From: a virus
Lineage: Duplodnaviria > Caudoviricetes
IMG/VR virus record: IMGVR_UViG_3300024331_000007
Location: 32,001 to 96,000 of that record
Direction: 5' to 3' (one strand)
DNA length: 64,000 bases
Shown piece by piece: positions 33,726-42,534 of this stretch (position 1 is its first letter; the number at the start of each line of letters is the position of its first letter). Both the position numbers and the translations under genes were made by a program. Below the pieces are notes generated by a model. It saw only the letters and a list, made by a program, of their open reading frames with translations. It was not told where the DNA came from and ran no database searches.

Positions 33726-33780
33726 ATTTCCTCTTTAAAGTAATTTTTATAGATTAACATATACAACACACCTAGTCAAT

Positions 33781-33809
33781 AAAAAACGCATCCCGAAGGA
33801 TGCGTCTTT
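33781..33809 (-). terminator. Rho-independent terminator
   Basis: AACGCATCC-CGAA-GGATGCGTC flanked by A/T runs. Confidence 0.75.
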
Positions 33810-33982
33810 GGATAAAATGAATTTTGGTTAGACGTGAATGGCGTTTCTGAACACAATTGCAAATACACATAACCAAATAAATGTTTGATAATATTACACC
33901 AAAGCAGACCACTTTTGCCACAAAGAATAGAAATGATAGCTACAACAAGATAGGTCATTGCAAATCCTTTCAAATCTTGAAA

Positions 33983-34273
33983 TTAGTCGCAGAGACTAAC
34001 TGAGCAGTTAATGATGAGCTTTTTAGCTGTGGTATCAACGTGGCTTACACGATCAGAATTAGAGGCACGAAGACGAGACTGTAGACTTTGGCTTTTGGTG
34101 CAGTGCTTACTGGCGTAAAAAGCCGCAATAATGGCCTCAGACACGGCAGGAGTAATATCGCCAGCATAGGCAATGTCAATGCTGTCCTGCCAATCATCTG
34201 TCCAAGCATGCTGCCTGTAAGAGCCTTCAACTTGCGTCCTAGTTGCCGTCAGGAGTTTTCCACCGAATGCCAT
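33983..34273 (-). CDS. Hypothetical early protein
   Basis: MAFGGKLL, GAGAGG RBS, sigma70 promoter upstream. Confidence 0.7.
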   Translation of the reverse strand: MAFGGKLLTATRTQVEGSYRQHAWTDDWQDSIDIAYAGDITPAVSEAIIAAFYASKHCTKSQSLQSRLRASNSDRVSHVDTTAKKLIINCSVSLCD

Positions 34274-34298
34274 ATTGTTTCCTCTCACCAACAAATCT

Positions 34299-34327
34299 AG
34301 TATACCAAACTTCCGAATAAGAGTCAA
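34299..34327 (-). promoter_or_regulatory. Sigma70-type early promoter
   Basis: TTGACT-17-TATACT (TTTGG before the -10). Confidence 0.8.
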
Positions 34328-34526
34328 GCAGAAAACGAAAATAGTTAGGTTAGACTCGAAAAATGGCTTCTGCAAGTTGTTGATTCCATTGGTTGAAAAA
34401 ATCTGTTTTGACTATTTTTTGATGGTTAAGGGTTTTTGACGTATCCTTGCTTGCTCAGCGTAATTATAAATTTGATAAATCCTTTAAAATGATGGAGTTG
34501 CAGGCAAAAATAACCAAAAATAGTTG

Positions 34527-34555
34527 TTGACGGCAACACGAAAATTTGGTATACT
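34527..34555 (+). promoter_or_regulatory. Sigma70-type early promoter for the LENA-array operon
   Basis: TTGACG-17-TATACT (TTTGG before the -10), 6 nt before the ATG. Confidence 0.8.
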
Positions 34556-34561
34556 TATTAC

Positions 34562-34903
34562 ATGGTTGAGAAAGACAAAACGACTGTGAAGCGCAAAAAG
34601 CGCACCGACCGTACTCACATCATCTATCGCCTTGCTGTTGCGAATATGGAGTACATTGGAATCACCGCCAAAACTCAATCGACGGTTTTGAAGTCTGTCC
34701 GTCTTCGTTTCGCGAAGCATGCAGAACGTGCCAGAAACGAAAACAAGCCGTGGCCTCTTTACAAGGCAATTAGGAAGTTTGGAATTGACCAGTTTGAACT
34801 GGAAATCGTTGAAATTCTCCGTGGCAAGGCTGCTGCTCATGCTCGCGAAGTTGAGCTAATCAAGGTTCGCAATCCCAAACTTAATCTGGCGAGTGCAAAA
34901 TGA
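34562..34903 (+). CDS. GIY-YIG nuclease domain protein
   Basis: HIIYRL..EYIGIT..RFAKH..LYKAIRKFG..E. Confidence 0.8.
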   Translation: MVEKDKTTVKRKKRTDRTHIIYRLAVANMEYIGITAKTQSTVLKSVRLRFAKHAERARNENKPWPLYKAIRKFGIDQFELEIVEILRGKAAAHAREVELIKVRNPKLNLASAK

Positions 34904-35115
34904 AAGTTGGCGATTGTGGTTGGGTAAAAATTCATGCTGACATGACTCAGAAATCTTTTGGTCAGATTGTCACTATTGTAACGGGTGGTGCTGTTACTGT
35001 TTTTCTTGTTCGATCTTCTTACCATCACGGCGCAATTGCTCCTTATTTTGAGGACGAGTTTGAATTGATAGAAAATGAAGGCGAAGCAATGGCTTTACTT
35101 TTGGAGTATGCATGA
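34900..35115 (+). CDS. LENA-tail family member 1
   Basis: MKVGD...EAMALLLEYA. Confidence 0.8.
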   Translation: MKVGDCGWVKIHADMTQKSFGQIVTIVTGGAVTVFLVRSSYHHGAIAPYFEDEFELIENEGEAMALLLEYA

Positions 35116-35366
35116 TAGATAAAAATGGTCATGCGCTATCTATCGGTGATTGGGTAAAGTTCCGTCCCTCCGAAAAATTCCAAATCTATTTTGGAGAAAT
35201 TGTCGGAACGTGGCAGGGTCAAGAGTTCAATAAAGTTGGCGTGTGCGTTCGTGTTATTAATTATCCTCACCCACCTCAAAAAGATGGAACTTGGCATATG
35301 TATGATGCTTCCATGACATTCTTGACCAAAGAGCAATTATTGTTGGAACTTTTGGAGAACGCATGA
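35112..35366 (+). CDS. LENA-tail family member 2
   Basis: IGDWVKF...LLELLENA. Confidence 0.8.
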   Translation: MIDKNGHALSIGDWVKFRPSEKFQIYFGEIVGTWQGQEFNKVGVCVRVINYPHPPQKDGTWHMYDASMTFLTKEQLLLELLENA

Positions 35367-35587
35367 CTGAGTGGCAGGGTTTTGAACTTCCAGATGGATC
35401 ATTGATTCGGTATCGTGACAATGGCGACGAACGTATTGGATCGATATTCACTAATATGTATCACCAGAAACAATTTTTAGACATAAACCCAAAAGCCAAA
35501 ATGTCAAATTGGAACATATCGCAATGGGAAATGTATTCAATAGCAACAGAAGCCGACGCAATGCTTTATTTGTTGGAGAACGTATGA
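35363..35587 (+). CDS. LENA-tail family member 3
   Basis: LPDGS...DAMLYLLENV. Confidence 0.8.
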   Translation: MTEWQGFELPDGSLIRYRDNGDERIGSIFTNMYHQKQFLDINPKAKMSNWNISQWEMYSIATEADAMLYLLENV

Positions 35588-35814
35588 CGAGCGCAGAATT
35601 TAAATCGCTGAAGCCGAATATGATTGTCTATCATGTTGAGGGAGGCAAAAAGGTTTTCGGTCATGTGTCTGCGATATATCGCGCCTATCCAAACCTTTTA
35701 GGTTTCAGTAGATTTAAAGATGCGTGGGCATCTTGGATTCCAATAGACGATCCAAAAGATTTTCATATGGCATCAGAAGCCGAATCTTTTTTGTGGAAGC
35801 TGGAGAACGCATGA
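35584..35814 (+). CDS. LENA-tail family member 4
   Basis: MTSAEF...SFLWKLENA. Confidence 0.8.
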   Translation: MTSAEFKSLKPNMIVYHVEGGKKVFGHVSAIYRAYPNLLGFSRFKDAWASWIPIDDPKDFHMASEAESFLWKLENA

Positions 35815-36047
35815 GCACATTGATTGGTCAAGATCGTAACGGACAATTGGTTGAGGTTGGCGATATTGTTCTGGTCATAGATCAGGAGATTCCAATTGAA
35901 TTGGCAGTCATTCTTGATTTTCAGTATCCATTTACGGACCCGATTGTTCTAAAATTTGCAGATGGTTCTGAAGTTCATAGGCAATCGGCAGAAATTGAGA
36001 AGGTTTCAAATGAAAAAGCTGTGTTGTGGAAGCTGGAGAATCTATGA
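35811..36047 (+). CDS. LENA-tail family member 5
   Basis: VEVGDIVLV...AVLWKLENL. Confidence 0.8.
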   Translation: MSTLIGQDRNGQLVEVGDIVLVIDQEIPIELAVILDFQYPFTDPIVLKFADGSEVHRQSAEIEKVSNEKAVLWKLENL

Positions 36048-36262
36048 TTAACCTTAATATGCTCCCAGATGGAACACTCCTTTGGTACGAACAAAACGAA
36101 GACAAGATTTTGGGAACATATTCCAAGAACACTGGCGAGTTTGTTGTTAGAGGGGTAGTTGATTCTCGTACAAATGATGCGTGGCCTATCAGGAATTTAT
36201 CAATGTATCGTATTGCGACTGAATCAGAAGAGATGATGTTGTACATGTTGGAGAACGCATGA
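36044..36262 (+). CDS. LENA-tail family member 6
   Basis: LPDGT...MMLYMLENA. Confidence 0.8.
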   Translation: MINLNMLPDGTLLWYEQNEDKILGTYSKNTGEFVVRGVVDSRTNDAWPIRNLSMYRIATESEEMMLYMLENA

Positions 36263-36438
36263 ATCTACTTGGACGAATCGTACTGGACATTTTCGTGTTT
36301 GGGTTTCCTGTGCTTGCCATCGTTGGATTTGCCGCAGGCTGGAGAATTGTGAAAGTCGGCGGGCCAAAATTTGATCGTGAAGTGAAAGACTTTTTCACGT
36401 CCAAGGAAAAGTTGATGCTCAGAAAGTTGGAGTCATGA
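36259..36438 (+). CDS. LENA-tail family member 7, 59-aa membrane protein (not in ORF track)
   Basis: MNLLGRIVLDIFVFGFPVLAIVGFAAGW...SKEKLMLRKLES; ATGA overlaps at both ends. Confidence 0.75.
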   Translation: MNLLGRIVLDIFVFGFPVLAIVGFAAGWRIVKVGGPKFDREVKDFFTSKEKLMLRKLES

Positions 36439-36641
36439 ATATTGGTGATTACGTTAGGGTGCATTTGGAAACCGAGGCGAGGATTCGTGTTGGACGTATA
36501 GAAGAAATTGAAAAATACAGTGAATGCGCGTTTCCATATTACGTTCGATTCTCCGCCAGCAGAACTTGCTCTTGCTCGCGGAATGAACTAGAGATAATGT
36601 CTGAAGCTGAAGCAATGCTATACATGTTGGAGAACGTATGA
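36435..36641 (+). CDS. LENA-tail family member 8
   Basis: MNIGDYVRV...EAMLYMLENV. Confidence 0.8.
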   Translation: MNIGDYVRVHLETEARIRVGRIEEIEKYSECAFPYYVRFSASRTCSCSRNELEIMSEAEAMLYMLENV

Positions 36642-36829
36642 AGATCGGTGATTTGGTTTACGTATTGTTAGACCACAAACATCCAGTTGTGGGGGAAATT
36701 ATTTCCCTTGAGCCTGAGATTCGACTGAGGAATCTGTATGGACGAGAAGCTCCGTTGTTCTCTACAAGAGATACAATTAGGTTATTGACAGACGGCGAAG
36801 CGATGCTCTACAAACTGGAGAACGCATGA
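36638..36829 (+). CDS. LENA-tail family member 9
   Basis: MKIGDLVYV...EAMLYKLENA. Confidence 0.8.
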   Translation: MKIGDLVYVLLDHKHPVVGEIISLEPEIRLRNLYGREAPLFSTRDTIRLLTDGEAMLYKLENA

Positions 36830-37020
36830 ATCCGAAGATTGGAGATTTTGTTCGAATTAAACAAACTGGAGAAGTTGGGCTTATTGTTAATTTGTTTCCA
36901 AAGGCCCGATACCCATTTTTGATTAATACTCAATCTATTGGTAATAACATGTATATGGAACGTGAGTTTCAATTTGCCACAAACGAAGAGGCCATGTTAT
37001 ACAAACTGGAGAACGCATGA
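36826..37020 (+). CDS. LENA-tail family member 10
   Basis: KIGDFVRI...EEAMLYKLENA. Confidence 0.8.
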   Translation: MNPKIGDFVRIKQTGEVGLIVNLFPKARYPFLINTQSIGNNMYMEREFQFATNEEAMLYKLENA

Positions 37021-37241
37021 AAAGAAAAACAAAGGTCGGTGACATAATTAGATTGTCATTCGCAGATTCGTCCATACTGCCAAGAATCGGACAGGTTGTT
37101 GATAAGAGAAAAACATTTTTCATCGTTGAAATTAATAAATGGAGATGGCTTGTAAAGCATACCGCTTATGGAGGGAAAAGATATTACATTACTCATTTGA
37201 CGGACGAAGAGGCGATGTTGTACAAGTTGGAGGATGCATAA
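37017..37241 (+). CDS. LENA-tail family member 11
   Basis: KVGDIIRL...EEAMLYKLEDA. Confidence 0.8.
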   Translation: MKRKTKVGDIIRLSFADSSILPRIGQVVDKRKTFFIVEINKWRWLVKHTAYGGKRYYITHLTDEEAMLYKLEDA

Positions 37242-37417
37242 TGTTTAAGGTCGGTGATTACGTTCGAATTTTGACGGGGCCGCGAAAAGGTATGATCGGT
37301 GAAATAACATCCACATATGGAAGTGGTATGTATGTTCATCCATTCTACATGTATCCATTCGAAGTCGAATACGTTTCACCCGAAGAAGCAATGGTCTACA
37401 AACTGGAGAACGCATGA
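37241..37417 (+). CDS. LENA-tail family member 12 (KOW-like)
   Basis: FKVGDYVRILTGPRKGMIGEI...EEAMVYKLENA. Confidence 0.8.
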   Translation: MFKVGDYVRILTGPRKGMIGEITSTYGSGMYVHPFYMYPFEVEYVSPEEAMVYKLENA

Positions 37418-37653
37418 GGAAAGAAGACGGACTTGCGTTGCCAGAGGGAACGTTTTTATTTTACGATAATCCTCGTCTTGGAAGAAGTTGGTACGGTACT
37501 CTTCGTTTTGAGAGAGATCAGTATGGACAGATTGAGCCTTCGTTCGAATGGACGAGGAACGGTGATAAAAAATTCTGGCCGTTGAGGGCATGGAAATTAT
37601 ATCGTCTCGCCACTGATGAAGAAGTTATGCTATACCTTTTGGAGAACGCATGA
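37414..37653 (+). CDS. LENA-tail family member 13
   Basis: LPEGT...EEVMLYLLENA. Confidence 0.8.
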   Translation: MRKEDGLALPEGTFLFYDNPRLGRSWYGTLRFERDQYGQIEPSFEWTRNGDKKFWPLRAWKLYRLATDEEVMLYLLENA

Positions 37654-37859
37654 AGATTGGTGATTACGTCAAAGTCAAGCTGGAAATTTCCAAGCAGGTT
37701 CGAGTTGGCCGCATTGACTGTATTTTGAATAGTGGACTCTTTCATGAATATCCGATTCGTGTTGCATTTCCAGATGCAAAATTTTGTTCATGTACTCGGA
37801 ATGAAGTGAAGATTATCTCAAATGAAGAAGCAATGCTTTGGATGTTGGAGAACGCATGA
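37650..37859 (+). CDS. LENA-tail family member 14 (close paralog of member 8)
   Basis: MKIGDYVKV..RVGRI..CSCTRNE..EEAMLWMLENA. Confidence 0.8.
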   Translation: MKIGDYVKVKLEISKQVRVGRIDCILNSGLFHEYPIRVAFPDAKFCSCTRNEVKIISNEEAMLWMLENA

Positions 37860-38089
37860 AAGAAATAGATGCCAAGCAGCTTCCAAAAGATGCTACAATT
37901 TTTTATAATCAGGGTGGTCGTAGCAGAGCTTTTGGTTATATAGAGAAAAAAGATGGAGTATTCTATTTCATTCCAGCGTATTTTAGAGATAGCGATGTCG
38001 ATTTAAATCGATGGCGCATTTCTGCATGGTATGCCTACGAAGTAATGTCCACAGAAGAATTTGTTCTTTGGAGATTGGAGAACGCATGA
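37856..38089 (+). CDS. LENA-tail family member 15
   Basis: LPKDA...EEFVLWRLENA. Confidence 0.8.
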   Translation: MKEIDAKQLPKDATIFYNQGGRSRAFGYIEKKDGVFYFIPAYFRDSDVDLNRWRISAWYAYEVMSTEEFVLWRLENA

Positions 38090-38295
38090 CATTCGATGAT
38101 ATGTGTGAACTCGAAGAAGGCACTGTTTTGTGGTGTGAAAATACTAATTGCCCTATACTTGGAAAATTGCATTTTCATAACGGCAACGAGCCGATGTTTC
38201 AACACAATTCAGTGGGATGGCTGATCAGAGATGCACATTTATATTCAGTTGCCACCGACGAAGAGGCCATGTTATACACATTGGAGAACGCATGA
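38086..38295 (+). CDS. LENA-tail family member 16
   Basis: LEEGT...EEAMLYTLENA. Confidence 0.8.
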   Translation: MTFDDMCELEEGTVLWCENTNCPILGKLHFHNGNEPMFQHNSVGWLIRDAHLYSVATDEEAMLYTLENA

Positions 38296-38513
38296 CAAAG
38301 GAAGAAATTTGGAGTCTCCCCTCAGGATCATATCTCTGTTGTACAAATATGTTTGGTGATGCAAGGTTTGGACGGATTCGAAAGAGAAAAGATGCAAGAA
38401 TCTTTCATACTTTGACAGGGGATAGCAAGCCATTGTCATTTAAAATTAGCAGATTTGATTATTATCGCGTAGCTTCAAAAGAAGAATACGTTCTGTGGAG
38501 ACTTGAACGATGA
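38292..38513 (+). CDS. LENA-tail family member 17
   Basis: LPSGS...EEYVLWRLER. Confidence 0.8.
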   Translation: MTKEEIWSLPSGSYLCCTNMFGDARFGRIRKRKDARIFHTLTGDSKPLSFKISRFDYYRVASKEEYVLWRLER

Positions 38514-38959
38514 CTAAATCTCCGCTGGATTTTGAAACCATCGAGGAAGCCGAAGAGTTTATTCGAGGAGTTGAGGATTTAAATTTTCTTCCTGAAGATT
38601 TACAAATCATAGCTGTACTCGGCGATCATCATAGTTATGAAAAAATCGTTAATCCAACCGAAAAGGTTAAGTTGGCTGCTGTAATGGGGTTTGGTCGGAA
38701 TATTTTCTTCATGAAAGACCCCAGCGAAGAAATTTGTCAAACAGCGGTTTCAAATGATGGAGATGTAATCAAGTACATCAAGAATCCATCGCTGGAAACG
38801 CAACTCATCGCTGTTGCTAAAAGACCGTTGGCAATTGCATGGCTCAAAAATCCATGTGAGGAAGTTCAACTTGCGGCTATACACAAAGACAGCCGCGTGA
38901 TTGCTCACATAAATAATCCAACCGAAAATGCATTGATGTTGGCCAAACTAATAAACTAA
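38510..38959 (+). CDS. Helical repeat protein (NPxEEVQLxAV repeats, DUF4116-like)
   Basis: Five ~23-aa repeats; last gene before the terminator. Confidence 0.75.
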   Translation: MTKSPLDFETIEEAEEFIRGVEDLNFLPEDLQIIAVLGDHHSYEKIVNPTEKVKLAAVMGFGRNIFFMKDPSEEICQTAVSNDGDVIKYIKNPSLETQLIAVAKRPLAIAWLKNPCEEVQLAAIHKDSRVIAHINNPTENALMLAKLIN

Positions 38960-38997
38960 AAATGCTCCCTAAACTCAATCAGTTTAGGGAGCATTTT
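38958..38997. terminator. Bidirectional terminator
   Basis: AAAATGCTCCCTAAACT-CAATC-AGTTTAGGGAGCATTTT. Confidence 0.9.
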
Positions 38998-39012
38998 CGG
39001 TTTATGTGCTAG

Positions 39013-39558
39013 TTACTTGTTTCTAACAAATCTAGTAATTCCTAACTTGGAAAGAGCTTCCTGAACCATTTTAGTTTGACGAATGCAATCCTCAATGGAA
39101 TCGTGTGTGGCTTCTGGCGCTTCGATGTAAACCAAATCCAGTAATGTGCGGCTATCTCTTACCGCTCCATAACCCCAAGGAACTCCCTTACCGTATTCTG
39201 CAAAGATGTGAGTCAGTAGGGTAATATCCAGCGTCGGGCCTTGGCACCAAATTCTATTCTTCTGCCAGCAAAATTTAATGAGACTATCCAATGCTTCTGG
39301 TACTGGAACACGTCCTACATCATTGAAAATTTTCGCTTGTACTTCTGGCGAGCGCATAGTCCACCACCAACACGTATCGTCATCCTGACTTCTATGAGCC
39401 TGTTCGTCAAGGGACAGAAGCAAATCCAATTTTGGGTTTGTTGTAAAATCAGTAGTGATTTCAAATGGGTTGAACGCAATCGCAGAAATGCTCAAAATCT
39501 GGGCGTCGGGTTTTACGCCCATTGTTTCTATATCAATAGTTATATCAGTGAAGTTCAT
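39013..39558 (-). CDS. DEDDh 3'-5' exonuclease (DexA/DUF5051-like)
   Basis: IDIETMG, WCQGPTLD, RDSRT, HDSIEDC; TTGACA-17-CATAAT 6 nt before the ATG. Confidence 0.85.
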   Translation of the reverse strand: MNFTDITIDIETMGVKPDAQILSISAIAFNPFEITTDFTTNPKLDLLLSLDEQAHRSQDDDTCWWWTMRSPEVQAKIFNDVGRVPVPEALDSLIKFCWQKNRIWCQGPTLDITLLTHIFAEYGKGVPWGYGAVRDSRTLLDLVYIEAPEATHDSIEDCIRQTKMVQEALSKLGITRFVRNK

Positions 39559-39572
39559 ATAACGATTATGAA

Positions 39573-40514
39573 TCAAACAAAGTTTGTTGTCAATTGATAA
39601 TATAGAAATTTCTCAAGTAGAACTGGAATGGTTTTATGGTCCCAATACGGAATGATAAGCAGAGGAATATTATTTTTAATACAATATGTTTCTTTGATTT
39701 TATCGCGCTCCTGAATTTGGCGAAACATTTCATCATCAGAAACAGATTTGCTGCCAAAATTGAATTTATCATAATGCTGTTTGCCATGAAATTCAATCAT
39801 CCCGCACAACTTTCCATTGCGAAATAATCCGAAATCGAATGGTAGTGTATTGACATTACGGCAATTCTTTATTCGATACTGTGGCTGAAACGAAATGCCT
39901 AATCTTTCTAGTTCTCTCCTAATTGATCGTTCGCCTTTAGATTCTCTACACGTAGGGCATCCTTGCCCATTTAGATGCGCGGATGGTTCTTGTTTGAAGT
40001 CTCCGTGCTTAGGACATACAATTAGAACTTTAGTATGCATATCAACGTAGACGCATTTTTCATATGAAAATTTTGAATTGTGTTTTTTATTACCTCTATC
40101 GATGAATATCGGCAGTGTCAATTTATCGTCGCGTCTTGCGCAAATCAGACACCCATATCCTTGTAAATGCGCCGTTGCTTCTTGCTTGAAATCTCCGTGA
40201 TCTGGGCAAGTTATGATTACAGAATTATTAGAGCCTGTGTAAGATGTTCTTTCGTAAGTAAATTTATAATGATGAGTTTTTCTTGCCTTCTCTATAAATT
40301 CTTGATTACTCATCTTTGAAGTTCCGCCGCATTTTGGACAACCTTGACCATTGATATGATTCTTTGGAAGTTGCCAGAAATCTCCGTGGGTCGGACAACC
40401 AATACAAATTTTGGTGTGATTATTGAGATAGACTACTTTATCGTAATTGTGTTTGTTCCGATGGGTAGGTTCTATCGACCCAATAAATTTTTGTAAGTTT
40501 GATCTACTAATCAT
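39573..40514 (-). CDS. Homing endonuclease: DUF723-like repeats plus PD-(D/E)xK domain
   Basis: Three CPxHGDFxQ...HL.G.GC repeats; LPFDFG..IEFHGKQH. Confidence 0.8.
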   Translation of the reverse strand: MISRSNLQKFIGSIEPTHRNKHNYDKVVYLNNHTKICIGCPTHGDFWQLPKNHINGQGCPKCGGTSKMSNQEFIEKARKTHHYKFTYERTSYTGSNNSVIITCPDHGDFKQEATAHLQGYGCLICARRDDKLTLPIFIDRGNKKHNSKFSYEKCVYVDMHTKVLIVCPKHGDFKQEPSAHLNGQGCPTCRESKGERSIRRELERLGISFQPQYRIKNCRNVNTLPFDFGLFRNGKLCGMIEFHGKQHYDKFNFGSKSVSDDEMFRQIQERDKIKETYCIKNNIPLLIIPYWDHKTIPVLLEKFLYYQLTTNFV

Positions 40515-40516
40515 AT

Positions 40517-41665
40517 CTATGAGTTTTGGTTTCCGCCTTCATCAATACGAAGCAATGTTGACAAGTTTTGAATAATCGGTTCAATGTTACCTGAGCTATT
40601 CGTAAAGGAATTTGCATTATTTACATACTTATCTCGCAAAGTTTGACCAGTGCCCGGTGTCAACGGAGTTCGTTGTTCAGTGCTTACATATTGCCAGATT
40701 GATCCAGAAAATCGGTATAATCTAGCCGGGAAATAGTCTTGTCTAAGTATATACTGGCCCACTGTGGGAGTCAATGGAAATTCATTAGCGACAGTGACCG
40801 GATAGCCATTTGCTGCTTCGCCGTTGTTCACCAAATGTCCTGTAAAACGTTGCTGAGGGCTTGATCCTACTGGCAATGTTCCCTTCTTTGGATTACCATC
40901 AACAAATAATGGTGCGTACAATGCATCCGTATTGTATCCGCTTTCTGGCACTTCAAATTCCGCCTGTTTTACAATCGCATCGTTCATTCCCTGATAAACC
41001 TGTCCTGAACTTGTGATATTGCCATATGTCGTTGTGTTTCCATTAACAATGATCGGGTTACCGTCAACTCCAATAACGGGTTGATTAAGAATGTCTTGAT
41101 ATTCTTGAGCATCGATCAATGGCGTACATTTCAAACGCCATAAATGACTCCACCAAGTAGGACTGAAACCCGCCGCTGGACGAGTTCCTTCCTGCACGAC
41201 ATAATAACGCTTCAATGCAACTGGAATAGTTTCATCCAGACTGAAAAACTCCTTCAAATTTGGAAGTTCCAGAACATCTCCGCTCATTAGCTTTCTGCCA
41301 AATGTATCAACCATGTTCTTTGTGTGCATGGTAATATAGAGCGTTCCTGCTGCAATCATTAAACCAAATTGGGTCAAATCCAAGTCCAAATCCTGAACAT
41401 TGTAATGGCAACGCAATCTATAAATGTCTTTGGCATACTTTCTATCGCGATTTTCCTGAAATAGCAAGTCTTGGATGTTCATTGCGCTCAAGTTTGGATA
41501 GATCGGTTGAGTGGCGTCATCCACGATGTTTGGATTTTCCGCTCCCAGATATTTGTGGACGTAGGTATCCACTCCCCCGACTGTGAACTGTTCGTAAACC
41601 AGTCTGTCGAACCAAATATAATCCAGCGCGGTTTTTTCATTCTTCCAAAGACTAATTCGTGGCAT
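40517..41665 (-). CDS. gp14: Neck protein, T4 gp14-like
   Basis: DLLFQENRDRKY, DVLELP, YYVVQEG; divergent from gp13. Confidence 0.75.
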   Translation of the reverse strand: MPRISLWKNEKTALDYIWFDRLVYEQFTVGGVDTYVHKYLGAENPNIVDDATQPIYPNLSAMNIQDLLFQENRDRKYAKDIYRLRCHYNVQDLDLDLTQFGLMIAAGTLYITMHTKNMVDTFGRKLMSGDVLELPNLKEFFSLDETIPVALKRYYVVQEGTRPAAGFSPTWWSHLWRLKCTPLIDAQEYQDILNQPVIGVDGNPIIVNGNTTTYGNITSSGQVYQGMNDAIVKQAEFEVPESGYNTDALYAPLFVDGNPKKGTLPVGSSPQQRFTGHLVNNGEAANGYPVTVANEFPLTPTVGQYILRQDYFPARLYRFSGSIWQYVSTEQRTPLTPGTGQTLRDKYVNNANSFTNSSGNIEPIIQNLSTLLRIDEGGNQNS

Positions 41666-41713
41666 ACCTGTATTTATCGATGGCTAATAAATACAAAGAC
41701 ACATGGAGATACG

Positions 41714-42490
41714 ATGCCAGAAGAAATCAAAGGAAACGTTGTAGACCTTAATAAGCTCAAAAACAACCTATTCGACTATATCAAGCTGCGTTTGGGCGAC
41801 AAAATGGTTGAGGTTGAATTGGACCCTGAGCATTATGAGAATGCATTGACTCGTGCGGTTGAAGTGTTCCAAACTCGTAGTTCTGCGGCAGTTGAGGAGA
41901 GTTTTGCCTTTCTAAAAACCCAAAAAGATGTGCAGGTTTATACCCTTCCAGAAGAAATTCAGTATGTTCGTCAACTTTGGCGTCGTAATTTGGGTGATAT
42001 CGGAAACGCTGGCTCCCAGATTGATCCATTCAGCCAAGGATATTTGAATGTCTACATTTTGAATAGTGGACGTTCGGGTGGATTGCTCAACTATGAATTG
42101 TTCAAAGACTACGAATTTCAGGTTGATCGTATGTTTGGGGGTCAGATTGATTTCAACTTCAATTCGATTACTAAGAAACTTACTTTGATTCGTAAGACAT
42201 ATGGCAACGGTGAAACTATTCTGATGCAGACATACAACTTGAAACCATTGGTTCAGTTGCTTGTTGACTATCGTTCTCTCACTTTTATCAAAGAATATGC
42301 ATACTGCCTCGCAAAGCACTCTTTGGGAGAGGCTCGTGAGAAGTTTGGATCAATACCGGGACCGGGAGGCGGAACGACTCTCAATGGTGCTGCGCTCAAG
42401 GCAGAAGCAATGGCTGAAATGGATAAATTACACGAAGATATTTCGAATTTCCGATTTGGCGAAACTCCAACTGCATTTATTATTGGATAA
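41714..42490 (+). CDS. gp13: Neck protein, T4 gp13-like
   Basis: YIKLRLGDKMVEVEL, KF.SIPGPGGGTTLNG..LK.EA. Confidence 0.85.
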   Translation: MPEEIKGNVVDLNKLKNNLFDYIKLRLGDKMVEVELDPEHYENALTRAVEVFQTRSSAAVEESFAFLKTQKDVQVYTLPEEIQYVRQLWRRNLGDIGNAGSQIDPFSQGYLNVYILNSGRSGGLLNYELFKDYEFQVDRMFGGQIDFNFNSITKKLTLIRKTYGNGETILMQTYNLKPLVQLLVDYRSLTFIKEYAYCLAKHSLGEAREKFGSIPGPGGGTTLNGAALKAEAMAEMDKLHEDISNFRFGETPTAFIIG

Positions 42491-42534
42491 TGCTTGCAAT
42501 CAATTTCGTCTCATAGTAGACTAGGAACATATTC

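Noticed and set aside
34900-38513. CRISPR or integron interpretation of the recurring TGGAGAACGCATGA
   Set aside because: Repeats are coding (LENA-stop/RBS), non-palindromic and separated by full ORFs; no cas or integrase gene in the window.
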